From Lachnospiraceae bacterium (GTDB taxonomy: Bacteria; Bacillota; Clostridia; Lachnospirales; Lachnospiraceae): 64,000 nt of DNA. The stretch is from the NCBI GenBank assembly GCA_045112915.1, contig JBGUIK010000058.1, forward strand, positions 4,525 through 68,524, written 5' to 3'. Made by a program: the position numbers and the translations under genes. A model generated the notes under the pieces. The model saw only the letters and a list, made by a program, of their open reading frames with translations, was not told where the DNA came from and ran no database searches. Shown piece by piece: positions 1 to 9,564 of the stretch (its first letter is position 1; every line of letters begins with the position of its first letter).

Positions 1-15
1 GACATCGCAACGAAA

Positions 16-1192
16 ATTTCAATCCACGCACCCCGTGTGGGGTGCGACTTTGCGGCATAGTCAATAAATCTTTTCTGCGCCATTTCAATCCACGCACCCC
101 GTGTGGGGTGCGACGATGATGACGGGGTGCCGCCGGACGGGTCGATTGCCATTTCAATCCACGCTCCCCGTGTGGGGTGCGACGAGCTTGTGGCGTTCAT
201 CAAGAGCAATTACGATATTTCAATCCACGCACCCCGTGTGGGGTGCGACGTTCTCCTTTCCGCATAAACGCAATATTGGTAGTCATTTCAATCCACGCAC
301 CCCGTGTGGGGTGCGACCGTACTCGATTACTTCCATCGGCATCTGATCAGCATTTCAATCCACGCACCCCGTGTGGGGTGCGACGGATTGCAAACACTTC
401 AATGGCTCCCTCGTAGAAGATTTCAATCCACGCACCCCGTGTGGGGTGCGACGCCGGCGCTATGACAGGAGTCTTTTCTCTGAAAATTTCAATCCACGCA
501 CCCCGTGTGGGGTGCGACACCGCTACTAAGTCTATCTGTTGATGGTATTAATATTTCAATCCACGCACCCCGTGTGGGGTGCGACTCATTCGGCCGTCAG
601 AAGACATCTCTATCTCTTCCATTTCAATCCACGCACCCCGTGTGGGGTGCGACGATGGTCGACGACGTGGGCGATTCCTGCACAATATTTCAATCCACGC
701 ACCCCGTGTGGGGTGCGACCTGCCGCTGCTGTTGCCGCGATGAGCCCACCGCTATTTCAATCCACGCACCCCGTGTGGGGTGCGACCAGCCGCGCCGCCG
801 CAGTTCCTGAGCGCTTCGCTATTTCAATCCACGCACCCCGTGTGGGGTGCGACGAGTTCACTCCTCTCCTGATGCAACGTAAGGTCATTTCAATCCACGC
901 ACCCCGTGTGGGGTGCGACTATGACCAGCTCAACGCGAGGGTGAAGTCCCTTGAAATTTCAATCCACGCACCCCGTGTGGGGTGCGACCCATCTGATACC
1001 TCTGGTCTGCAAGTGATTGCGATTTCAATCCACGCACCCCGTGTGGGGTGCGACTTTTACTCCTTTTTTAAGAATATAAGTATATAAATGCATTTCAATC
1101 CACGCACCCCGTGTGGGGTGCGACAGGAAGAGATTTACGGAGAGTTTGGCACGATGTACATTTCAATCCACGCACCCCGTGTGGGGTGCGAC
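16..1192 (-). CRISPR. Type I-C CRISPR array: 18 copies of a 33-bp repeat, 17 complete spacers of 33-37 bp; continues beyond the window start
   Basis: Repeat ATTTCAATCCACGCACCCCGTGTGGGGTGCGAC starts at 16, 82, 151, 217, 285, 352, 420, 486, 553, 621, 687, 754, 821, 887, 956, 1022, 1092 and 1160. The reverse complement GTCGCACCCCACACGGGGTGCGTGGATTGAAAT has the I-C hairpin plus ATTGAAAT end. The leader lies on the cas2 side. Confidence 0.99.
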
Positions 1193-1352
1193 AGCAAACA
1201 TTGACAAAATTTTATATGAATTATCAGCAATGTTTACAAAAATAACGTTCTTAGTTATAAAGGTGGGTGTCCCTACAGCGCAAGATTGACGATAATCGTC
1301 GTTATTTAATGCGCGAACCACCTACTATTTTCATGTTTACTACGGGTTCGCG
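1193..1352 (-). promoter_or_regulatory. CRISPR leader
   Basis: AT-rich non-coding stretch between cas2 and the first repeat, with a GCGCGAACC...GGTTCGCG inverted motif near cas2. Confidence 0.85.
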
Positions 1353-1643
1353 TTATAGAACCAGAGCATCACGGGCATCATAGCCTTTCTTAGCACCATA
1401 ATGTTCAATTTTGTCCTTATAGCTGTTTCCAAGTTTGTAGAATCTTAAGCTGTCTACTTTAGGATCCATCAATTCACAGAGAGCTGCTTTCAGCATGCGA
1501 TATTGTGCGGCGTCAACTGAACATTCGAACACGGAGTTTTGTACTCTTTGTCCATAATTGACACATTGCTTGGCAATCTTTCTAAGTCTTCGTTGACCGG
1601 CGGCATTTTCTGTGTTGACATCATAAGTGATTACAACGAGCAT
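1353..1643 (-). CDS. cas2: CRISPR-associated endonuclease Cas2
   Basis: 96 aa; MLVVITYDV...RVQNSVFEC...DSLRFY, typical Cas2. Confidence 0.97.
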   Translation of the reverse strand: MLVVITYDVNTENAAGQRRLRKIAKQCVNYGQRVQNSVFECSVDAAQYRMLKAALCELMDPKVDSLRFYKLGNSYKDKIEHYGAKKGYDARDALVL

Positions 1644-1649
1644 GTTTTA

Positions 1650-2681
1650 TCACCTCCACAGAAAAGGTGGGTATCCATCGAGATCTTCCCGCAAATATCG
1701 TGCTAGAAGCATCGCCTGTGCATAGGGGATTAATCCCCATTCCATTTTCTCTTTGAGATATGGATGCATGATTTTTTCTTTCTTCTTTACTTGCCATTCT
1801 TTTTGCACCTTTTTCCGCCCGTCGTTCGTCAACAGGACAGATCCATTTTCCTGAAGAATGAAATCAGATTGATCAACAATTTTGTTGTTGATCAATGTCA
1901 GTACAAAGCGGTCTGCCATACAAGGCCTTAATTCTTCCATAAGATCCTGAGCTAAAGACGTTCTTCCTGGTCGGTCACGATGCATAAAACCAACATATGA
2001 ATCCAGACCGACGGTTTCTAAAGCGGAGGCACAACTGCTGCCAAGCATAGTATATGCATAAGATAACAGAGCATTGACATTATCTAAGGGCGGACGGCGA
2101 TTTCTTCCATGGTAATAAAAAGATTCTTTTGAAGTAAGGATCAGATCGTCGAAAACACTAAAATATTGTGAGGCACTTTTGCCTTCTATGCCACGAAGAG
2201 ATTCCAAATCATTTGCTTGAAGCACTTCCTCCAGTTGTGTTTTCAGATAATCTGATATTTTGGATAGAGCATCAATATCAAGTTTTAAAGCATGATCTCT
2301 CTTTGCCCTTTCTATTACCTGTCTTGAGTTTCTTATTTTACCAAATATAAAATTTCTGGCGATTTTACAACTTTCTTTCTCGGAATCTGCAAAGCGATAT
2401 TGTTTGCGCCTCAGAAGCACATTTCCACGACTCATACCACATGTCCTTGCAAGAAATCTTCCACTGGGAGAGCAAAAGACTAAATCAATTCCTTTATCAG
2501 CACATTTTCCCATTAATGCAGGAGATGCTCCGGAATAAGAAAAGATATAGATAGCGTCCAGAATATGTAAAGGAAAACGAGCCAGGGTATCATCTTTTTG
2601 CTTAACTACGACGTTTTCCCCATCTAATGATGCATACGCATTTTCTATTGTGATAAATAAAGAGTTTAGCAAAACTTTCAT
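1650..2681 (-). CDS. cas1: Type I-C Cas1 integrase
   Basis: 343 aa; LRGIEG, NALLSYAY, GFMHRDRPGRTSLAQDLMEELR motifs. Confidence 0.98.
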   Translation of the reverse strand: MKVLLNSLFITIENAYASLDGENVVVKQKDDTLARFPLHILDAIYIFSYSGASPALMGKCADKGIDLVFCSPSGRFLARTCGMSRGNVLLRRKQYRFADSEKESCKIARNFIFGKIRNSRQVIERAKRDHALKLDIDALSKISDYLKTQLEEVLQANDLESLRGIEGKSASQYFSVFDDLILTSKESFYYHGRNRRPPLDNVNALLSYAYTMLGSSCASALETVGLDSYVGFMHRDRPGRTSLAQDLMEELRPCMADRFVLTLINNKIVDQSDFILQENGSVLLTNDGRKKVQKEWQVKKKEKIMHPYLKEKMEWGLIPYAQAMLLARYLREDLDGYPPFLWR

Positions 2682-2692
2682 TTCGTTTTACC

Positions 2693-3346
2693 CTATTTTA
2701 ACGAGTCCTTCATATACTCATCTACCGACTGCATACTTACAAGTACAGGGAGACAAATGTCTTTCAGTGAACAGGAATTGCATTCTTTCTTGGGTTTTGT
2801 TTTTGGCGTATAGCCCCTGGAATACAATTGATGCATTTCTTCAACTGCCTGAGATACTGTTATGCGTAAGTCCTGGGTGAATAAAACTCGTTCACGCCTT
2901 CGGGGCTCTCCATAGTAAAGAGCCCCCTCGGGTATCGTACAACAAAGCATTTCTTCTAGGCACATGGCCTGAGCACATAGTTGTGCTTTATCAAAAATGT
3001 CATTTTTAGGCTTACCGCGTTTATACTCAACCGGGTATGGTTTCCATAAACCGTTGGTTTTTGCTAATGAAATACCAGTTTCGTCCGCATGAAACTCAAC
3101 CGCGTCGCACTCACCGGAAAGTCCAAGTGTCGCAGAATGGACACGCAAAGCACGAACCGTGATGATATCACCACGTGAAGATCTGAAACCGCTGTCATGT
3201 GTGTTCTTGTGCATAATAATTCCATCAGCCGTCTGGTAGTTATCTGCCCACTGCTGTTCAATATGGATTAAGGCCCATTGCCTGCGGCAGAATAGGAAAT
3301 GCTGTATTCCGGATAGTTGCAAATAATCCTCTTCTTTATATTCCAT
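2693..3346 (-). CDS. cas4: Cas4 exonuclease
   Basis: CRRQWAL N-terminus, G.CDAVEF / VEYKRG nuclease motifs, C-terminal CxxCxxxxxC Fe-S cysteines. Confidence 0.97.
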   Translation of the reverse strand: MEYKEEDYLQLSGIQHFLFCRRQWALIHIEQQWADNYQTADGIIMHKNTHDSGFRSSRGDIITVRALRVHSATLGLSGECDAVEFHADETGISLAKTNGLWKPYPVEYKRGKPKNDIFDKAQLCAQAMCLEEMLCCTIPEGALYYGEPRRRERVLFTQDLRITVSQAVEEMHQLYSRGYTPKTKPKKECNSCSLKDICLPVLVSMQSVDEYMKDSLK

Positions 3347-4181
3347 TGATTATCTCCGGCTCGAGTCCGGGAAGTTCGTTTACAACGTATTCGTAATCAT
3401 TAATGCTCGTAGGAATAGTGTCCTCGTTTAAGCAACGAACTTCTACAGAGCGATGTACGTTGGCGGAGGAATACTGACCATCTTTGCAATTATGTTTAAA
3501 CCAATAAAGTTTGAGGACTTCCATGGAACCTTCTGGTCTTGAGGATGAAGCATCATTAACAAACAGTGTTCGGAGGCATTCTTTAATGACATCTGCGTCT
3601 TCTTCTGAAAAGCCTGTTTTCGTAGCTAACTGAACGTTGATACTTCCCTTTATTTTATAAATGCCAAAGCGCACATAATGCTTCATGCCCATAGTATCGG
3701 ATGATTTTTTTTCGTTTGGTTCACTGTTTACACTTTTTGTAATCTGCAATGACTCAATTTCTATAGGTGAAACACTAACGGCCTGATGGATAGAAACTGG
3801 TCCTCTAACACCAACAGAAACTCCGTTTTTCTCAGAGGATTTGAATGCAAATACCTGACCAAAGGATTTCACATCCATCCATGTTTTGCAGGCTGTAGTT
3901 GCATATGTTTCACGATCCTTGATTTTTCCAAGCGTTGCCGTGGCACGTTCACTCAGACTATTAAAACCATCGGTTTGTCTGTCATCTGATTGCACAAAAA
4001 TGCTGTATCCCAGATCCTGCATTCTGTTTCGGATTTTGCGCTTTATACATACATCCGATATTTCACCATATCCATCATAATCTGTTCTGGGGCGGTTTCC
4101 ATTTAACGGATCACCATTTGAATTTGCTCTGGTTACGGAGATAAACATTACAAAATCTATTTTATTCTTCAGAAGACTCAT
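3336..4181 (-). CDS. cas7: Type I-C Cas7 (Csd2)
   Basis: NSNGDPLNGNRPR, SDVCIKRKIRN, DVKSFGQVF, TMGMKH motifs. Confidence 0.96.
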   Translation of the reverse strand: MSLLKNKIDFVMFISVTRANSNGDPLNGNRPRTDYDGYGEISDVCIKRKIRNRMQDLGYSIFVQSDDRQTDGFNSLSERATATLGKIKDRETYATTACKTWMDVKSFGQVFAFKSSEKNGVSVGVRGPVSIHQAVSVSPIEIESLQITKSVNSEPNEKKSSDTMGMKHYVRFGIYKIKGSINVQLATKTGFSEEDADVIKECLRTLFVNDASSSRPEGSMEVLKLYWFKHNCKDGQYSSANVHRSVEVRCLNEDTIPTSINDYEYVVNELPGLEPEIINGI

Positions 4182-5988
4182 TTTTTTCCTCCTTGTCTTT
4201 TTTCGAATACAATTCGTTTCTCTGCAGATAATATCCTATTAAGTAAGTATCTTTTAAAGGCTTATTCCATTCCTTCTCCGGTTCATTGTTGATGATGTCG
4301 ATAATCTGTCCGAGTAGACGTTTATAATACACTCTCTGAGCAGGCTTTAACTTTGGCATATAAGCTTTATCCATCTGCATATTCAACAAGTTTGCATATT
4401 TCATCGGTTCTTTACAGAACACAGACTGGAGACGCATAGCATTGGATGTCCTTTTGTCGTCGGTTGAATCAAACGTATCCGTTTCGATTTTCTCCATCAC
4501 TGCAAGAAGCCTGCCGAATTGATAGCTCCTATCCTGCTTTTGCGGGTTCAAAGCCATTTCAATTTCCTCCTTTCCATAATCGAAATACACTTTTTTTATA
4601 ACAGCGCAAGCTGTTGATAACACTTTTCTATATGTCTTTTTATCACTATAGATATGTGGCGAGGAAGCACGTTGCACCAGTTGATGCTCAAGATCTCGTG
4701 GAAATTTGGCACATTCAATGCGGCATGCCATTAAGCGCTGTACCTGTTGTTCTAATAATTTGTCCTTGACATATAAAATGACTTTGCCATTTTCTGAGCG
4801 CTCGACTCCATAGGCACATTCAACAATCTGCTTTAGCGAGGGGGATTCTTGTATGTTTTGGTATGTGAAGAACCATTGGCAATGCAAGTCCCAGTTATAG
4901 AGTCTGTCCAAAAAATCAGATGTTAGTAGTTCGTTATAATAGGTGACGGATAATCTGCCTGTTGTGGCTGCATCGAAAGAAGCTATGACGGTTGTGCTGT
5001 TGGCATTGTCGCTTAATTGTTCTTTCCAGCCAATCAGTGTTTTATACAAATCTTTTTGATAACTGATATTTACTACATTTATTTCTGTTTTCTGGAGACG
5101 ACGCAGAGGCTTTAATGGGGACGGAACTTTGAGCCCCTCCGGATTCCAACATAGAAAGGCTCTGGAAGACTTATTGCCAAGGACAACTCCTTGATTTGCA
5201 GCAATCCAGTGCAGTGCATTGTGTGCTTGTTGCGACACTTCATATCCCACAGTTGCGGCTTGCCAATCTTGGTCGAATCTGCCTCTATAAGTGAATCCGC
5301 TGTCGTCATTGGCGGAGATTAGTTTAGCATTGCCGTTATTTGCGATTATTCCCTTCGGATAATTATGTACAGGGGCAGTCTCTTCTCCTGATATCATACA
5401 TAATACAGGCGCTTCTCGTATTTTATAGTGTCTGTAATACTGGGTGTAGTCATCAAATAGCGTTTTATCAGTCCAACAGGGACCGCTGTTTTCTCCGACA
5501 CCAAGAACAATCCATCTTATAAGATCCTTTTCATTTTTGGTATGACCGTTCTCCTCCAGCTTTATGATTTTGCTTTTTACCAAATCAGTAAGAATTGTCC
5601 CGCCATTAACATAACGATAGATGGGAGCAAGCTTAATGTTTGCATAATCCGAATCAATCCAGTCTTGAAGCTGCTGCAAATACGCTTCCCGCTTTCGTGT
5701 ATTGTAGGGAACAAGATACCCAAGTTGTTCTGCTAAAGGGTGTGGACAGGGATCCTTTCCACTTGTCCTGCCAGAAGACTTCTCGGTCACAGGAATTATG
5801 ATTTTTTCTCTGTTTTTATCCAGAGAAGTAGCTGATATGAATTCGCCTTTTTCATTGATAGTTATTTCGATCTTAGCTTTTGTTGTCAGATGAGAAACTG
5901 GAGCCAAAGGCTCTTGATTTTCAACCACTTTTCCTACATCTGCATAATGTGATTCATATGTTTTATATGCTTGTTGAAGCAATCCCAA
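4162..5988 (-). CDS. cas8c: Type I-C large subunit Cas8c (Csd1)
   Basis: 608 aa; SSGRTS...PHPL, NAKLISAND, ATTGRLSVTYY, SYQFGRLLAV motifs; operon position. Confidence 0.93.
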   Translation of the reverse strand: MGLLQQAYKTYESHYADVGKVVENQEPLAPVSHLTTKAKIEITINEKGEFISATSLDKNREKIIIPVTEKSSGRTSGKDPCPHPLAEQLGYLVPYNTRKREAYLQQLQDWIDSDYANIKLAPIYRYVNGGTILTDLVKSKIIKLEENGHTKNEKDLIRWIVLGVGENSGPCWTDKTLFDDYTQYYRHYKIREAPVLCMISGEETAPVHNYPKGIIANNGNAKLISANDDSGFTYRGRFDQDWQAATVGYEVSQQAHNALHWIAANQGVVLGNKSSRAFLCWNPEGLKVPSPLKPLRRLQKTEINVVNISYQKDLYKTLIGWKEQLSDNANSTTVIASFDAATTGRLSVTYYNELLTSDFLDRLYNWDLHCQWFFTYQNIQESPSLKQIVECAYGVERSENGKVILYVKDKLLEQQVQRLMACRIECAKFPRDLEHQLVQRASSPHIYSDKKTYRKVLSTACAVIKKVYFDYGKEEIEMALNPQKQDRSYQFGRLLAVMEKIETDTFDSTDDKRTSNAMRLQSVFCKEPMKYANLLNMQMDKAYMPKLKPAQRVYYKRLLGQIIDIINNEPEKEWNKPLKDTYLIGYYLQRNELYSKKDKEEKNESSEE

Positions 5989-5989
5989 A

Positions 5990-6718
5990 TCAAGTCACCT
6001 CCTCGAATTCGTTTAGTCCTGTAAAGTTGATGTGATTATCAAATGATTTCATGGGCATTTCCCGAAGGACCTTATGAACAGGACATTTTTCGGGGGGCAG
6101 GAAATCAATAATACCGTTTTTCATGACTGGATACCAGAAGTTTGCGGTCATATGGTTTTCGGTTTCAGATGAGTAGGCTTCGTCTGCATATGTTATGCCA
6201 TGATACATCAGACCAAATCCAAGCTCCTGAATACCATCGTAGGCTCCTGTTCCGGTTCCGAAAACACATGGTGCCACATAGCCCTGACACTCACGAGTTC
6301 CCAGGAAAATGTCTCTTCTACCGCCTTTTATGATAGATCGCTTCGCTATTTCATAATGTTTGTTCTCTATGCGATCATGTTTGAGTTCTGGCCGGTTTTC
6401 ATTCCATATAAAGTGTGCTCTGACTTGATATGCACAGTCTTTCAAGTAGGTATAGTAAGAGAGGTCGTTTCCACCGGAGTATTTAATAGGTCTTATGCCT
6501 TTTACTTCGGTCTGTATTGGCTTCATAACGCGAACTTTGTCGATGACCCATATTAAAGTTGGCTTCCAGTAGACCGAAGCCATAATTCCTTTTAGTGATT
6601 CATACGTAGGAACCTGATAGCTGAATTTCTCGCCACCGACTCTCGTTAAAGGATCTGAAAAAAGTGCATAGTCTCCGCTTACTTGAAACTCCACAATATT
6701 CGGATATCTCATCTTCAT
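5990..6718 (-). CDS. cas5: Type I-C Cas5 (Cas5c/d, pre-crRNA processing nuclease)
   Basis: GDYALFSDP...SYQVPTYESLKGI...YWKPT, FLGTRECQG motifs. Confidence 0.96.
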   Translation of the reverse strand: MKMRYPNIVEFQVSGDYALFSDPLTRVGGEKFSYQVPTYESLKGIMASVYWKPTLIWVIDKVRVMKPIQTEVKGIRPIKYSGGNDLSYYTYLKDCAYQVRAHFIWNENRPELKHDRIENKHYEIAKRSIIKGGRRDIFLGTRECQGYVAPCVFGTGTGAYDGIQELGFGLMYHGITYADEAYSSETENHMTANFWYPVMKNGIIDFLPPEKCPVHKVLREMPMKSFDNHINFTGLNEFEEVT

Positions 6719-9156
6719 ATGCTAACCTCCAAATATCCATAGTTTTTATCTTCATCGATGACGCCGATATAGTCGTCATAGAATTGTGGTTGAAGTACAG
6801 TTGCTTTATCGTCCAGTATTTTATACAGGGCTCCTAATTTTTCCAGTTTATTAAGCTGATAGGAATACAAAGAAACGGTGTATTGTTTTGCTTTTTCTAA
6901 GGCGTCCGAGACAAAATGATCATTCCATCTAGCCTTTTCGGAATTCAAATCGTTGATGATTTGAATTCCTTCTTTATAGGGAACGATGACATCAGTGTTT
7001 TCTGTATCGAATACTTTAAATTCTAATCCTGCCGAAGAGAATGCTTGTTTAAAATAATATAATTGATTTTCTTCTCGATGACCTGAATATTGCTCGTTAG
7101 AGGATAGAAGATTGTAAAGAGTCTCTTTATTGGGTAGACAATATTCTTGATAGCCTATGCCGAAGCTATTGAAATATTGCTTGTAGTAATGCTTGATAGA
7201 TTCTTCGCTGTCTAGGTTTTCTTGGAATTTGGAGCTATTCTTTTTAAATTCTGTCAGGAGACTTTCGGTTGCCATTTTTGACGCTTTGATTTCTTTGAGC
7301 CGATTAAGGTTTTCGTCAAGACATGAGAGGATATAGACGTCTCCGGCATTCTTGCTTTCACCATTTCTGTTACATCTTCCAGCAGTCTGAACAACGCTGT
7401 CCATGCCTGCACAAAACCTGATGGCTCTTTCGAAAGATATGTGTACGCCTGCTTCAATTACCTGCGTTGAGATGCATATTACTTTGCGAGAGGCCAGAGA
7501 GTTTGCTGCGTTGCTGTTTTTAATTTCTTCCAGTGCTGTTTTCATCTCGTTCAGAATATCCCGACGGTGTTGAATACACATCGAAGCAGATAAATGGAAT
7601 TTATCGCATCCGTCGATGCAAATATGATCAAAGAGATATGAGGCCTCATTTTTCTTGTTGCAGACAATCAGTAGACTATTGCAGCCGTTGAGTAAAGTTT
7701 GAACTAATGCGGGGGTATCTTCTAATGAGCAACTGTCTAATGAACTAATCGTTGTGCGACGGAATAGCTCCCGGATTTCCTTGCCGCAACATACAATATC
7801 CCCAGAGATGTTTTTCAGCGGGAAACGATTGCCTTCAAAAGTTGGTTGTGTGGCTGAAGATAACACAATGGTTGCTTTGCATACTGTCTGAAGAAAATTC
7901 ATAGCAGAGTTAAATAGTGACAGCATCTTTACTGGCACAGTCTGTACTTCGTCAATGACGATGATGCTTTCGCATAACGCATGCAGTCTGCGAACAGAGG
8001 ACATTTTACCTGAAAACAAAGTGTTCAGGAATTGAACCATGGTAGTGATAATGATAGGAGAGTGCCAGGTTTCAGTATAGTATTCCCATTTGTCATACTC
8101 CTCCGTGCTTTCGGTAGGGTGTATGATGTTGGAGTGATGTTCGAGGATTATGGCATCATTGTTGACAAATTTTCTTATTTCAGCTGCATTCTGGTCGAGG
8201 ATGCTGAGCAAAGGGGTAACAAAGATAATCCGTTTTTTATCATGTTCTTTAGCATGAGCAAGCGCAAATCGTAAGGAACTCAGTGTTTTGCCCGCACCGG
8301 TAGGCAGGTTGAGTCGATAGATACCTGATTCCTTTAGTGAGGAATCTCGACACATTCCTGAAAGGAGACTTCTTGCTTTTTCTATTTCTGTCTGACACGG
8401 AAGCAAGGCGAGTTGTTTTTCCACTTGAGTTAAGGTATCATTCCATAAATCTCTGGTTGCAAGGATTTCGAACTGTGGTTTTCCTGCATAGAATTCAGAA
8501 GTATCTCTTCGATCTCCTTCAACAACTGCCGATAATACAAGTCTTGCAAGTAATCCTAAATAAAAAAAATATTCCTGATTGCGATCATTGTCATCTTGTG
8601 ACTGGTAGTTATCGAACAGCTCATCAAGCACAGACAGTATAGTATCTATTTCGTTGGCCGACTTATAAAATAGTTTTTCAATATCGGATGAAGAGTAATA
8701 AATGCTGAAGAAATTATCCTTTGCTTCATGGTAGGATATTCCTTCTTTGTTTTGTCTATGGTCGAAACCGTTTTTATGGTCTTCATTAACACAATCAAAG
8801 AGACCATGATGAGCTCCGATGGCGTAGGCAATAATCTCGCTTGTCAGAAGCTCAATGGGGTTGTCGAGATTAGAGTGAAATTTTTCCAAAATGTATCTAA
8901 CGCCGGCAAAAGTATGATTGACGCTCCCGCGCCTCGCTTTCAGACCATTAGTCGCATCATCTAAATATTTCTGAAACGCCAGCGTGAATTTCCCGAAATC
9001 ATGCATCATACCAGTTAAAAACGCCGTGCTTCCTAGACCAACAGAAAGGAGACTGTTTTGGGCATAAATTGCAGTGTGGTCGCAGTGATCCTGACATGTC
9101 TGGTCAATTCTATTTCCACTATCATCCAGTTTAGTGTGTGCCAGAAAGAGAGTCAT
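6715..9156 (-). CDS. cas3: Cas3 helicase-nuclease (HD fused to SF2 helicase)
   Basis: HD motif (MHDFGK), Walker A LPTGAGKT, DEVQ, QTAGRCNRNG; start placed at ATG 9156 behind a GGAGGA RBS. Confidence 0.97.
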   Translation of the reverse strand: MTLFLAHTKLDDSGNRIDQTCQDHCDHTAIYAQNSLLSVGLGSTAFLTGMMHDFGKFTLAFQKYLDDATNGLKARRGSVNHTFAGVRYILEKFHSNLDNPIELLTSEIIAYAIGAHHGLFDCVNEDHKNGFDHRQNKEGISYHEAKDNFFSIYYSSSDIEKLFYKSANEIDTILSVLDELFDNYQSQDDNDRNQEYFFYLGLLARLVLSAVVEGDRRDTSEFYAGKPQFEILATRDLWNDTLTQVEKQLALLPCQTEIEKARSLLSGMCRDSSLKESGIYRLNLPTGAGKTLSSLRFALAHAKEHDKKRIIFVTPLLSILDQNAAEIRKFVNNDAIILEHHSNIIHPTESTEEYDKWEYYTETWHSPIIITTMVQFLNTLFSGKMSSVRRLHALCESIIVIDEVQTVPVKMLSLFNSAMNFLQTVCKATIVLSSATQPTFEGNRFPLKNISGDIVCCGKEIRELFRRTTISSLDSCSLEDTPALVQTLLNGCNSLLIVCNKKNEASYLFDHICIDGCDKFHLSASMCIQHRRDILNEMKTALEEIKNSNAANSLASRKVICISTQVIEAGVHISFERAIRFCAGMDSVVQTAGRCNRNGESKNAGDVYILSCLDENLNRLKEIKASKMATESLLTEFKKNSSKFQENLDSEESIKHYYKQYFNSFGIGYQEYCLPNKETLYNLLSSNEQYSGHREENQLYYFKQAFSSAGLEFKVFDTENTDVIVPYKEGIQIINDLNSEKARWNDHFVSDALEKAKQYTVSLYSYQLNKLEKLGALYKILDDKATVLQPQFYDDYIGVIDEDKNYGYLEVSI

Positions 9157-9176
9157 GTCGTCCTCCGAAATATGTA

Positions 9177-9205
9177 TTGCCACTTTTTTGTGAGATGGGT
9201 AAAAT
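9177..9205 (+). promoter_or_regulatory. Predicted sigmaA promoter of the crRNA-like RNA
   Basis: TTGCCA (9177-9182), 17 bp, TAAAAT (9200-9205); predicted +1 near 9211-9212, at the start of the pseudo-repeat. Confidence 0.7.
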
Positions 9206-9211
9206 GTAATA

Positions 9212-9302
9212 GTCAACTTTTGTAGTTTTAAAAAGTTGGGGATTGAAAAATTTATATTTATGCGGTAGGCGAAAGCATCTTTTATGGAAGATGCTTTTGC
9301 TT
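9212..9302 (+). ncRNA. Candidate crRNA-like regulatory RNA: pseudo-repeat + 18-nt guide + 3' hairpin
   Basis: GT-CAACTTTT-loop-AAAAGTTG-G-GGATTGAAAA copies the array repeat architecture (GT + 8-bp stem + GGATTGAAA). Guide 9250-9267 matches 9380-9397. A 13-bp stem closes the unit at 9269-9300. Confidence 0.8.
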
Positions 9303-9341
9303 ATCAAGTTATCAAGAATAGTGTTAACCCTCATACGACTT

Positions 9342-9370
9342 ATTATAGGTTGGCATAAGATAAATGTCAA
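9342..9370 (-). promoter_or_regulatory. Predicted sigmaA promoter of the cas operon
   Basis: Perfect consensus on the minus strand: TTGACA (9370-9365), 17 bp, TATAAT (9347-9342), pointing at cas3. Confidence 0.88.
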
Positions 9371-9376
9371 TATAGA

Positions 9377-9397
9377 TTCATTTATATTTAAGCGGTA
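9377..9397 (+). promoter_or_regulatory. PAM (TTC) + partial protospacer for the crRNA-like guide
   Basis: TTC 9377-9379, then ATTTATATTTAAGCGGTA versus guide ATTTATATTTATGCGGTA. Confidence 0.8.
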
Positions 9398-9564
9398 ATA
9401 TCTAAAGATAGCCTTGAATCATACAGGACTTTTCACAGATGATATCATATTTTCTATACACTATAGTGATGGGATGGATAAAGCGGCGAAATACAAAGCA
9501 TTTAACTGATAAGAATATGTTGCATTTAATTACTAATAATTCCCACACCGAAAAGGTGTGTTGT

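Noticed and set aside
101-1087. ORFs of 79-182 aa over the CRISPR array
   Set aside because: They are translations of the repeats (recurring FQSTHPVWGAT / ISIHAPRVGCD), not genes.
9131-9370. 79-aa minus-strand ORF and the 20-aa N-terminal extension of cas3 to 9216
   Set aside because: They overlap promoters and the crRNA-like unit and lack an RBS; cas3 has a clear GGAGGA before ATG 9156.
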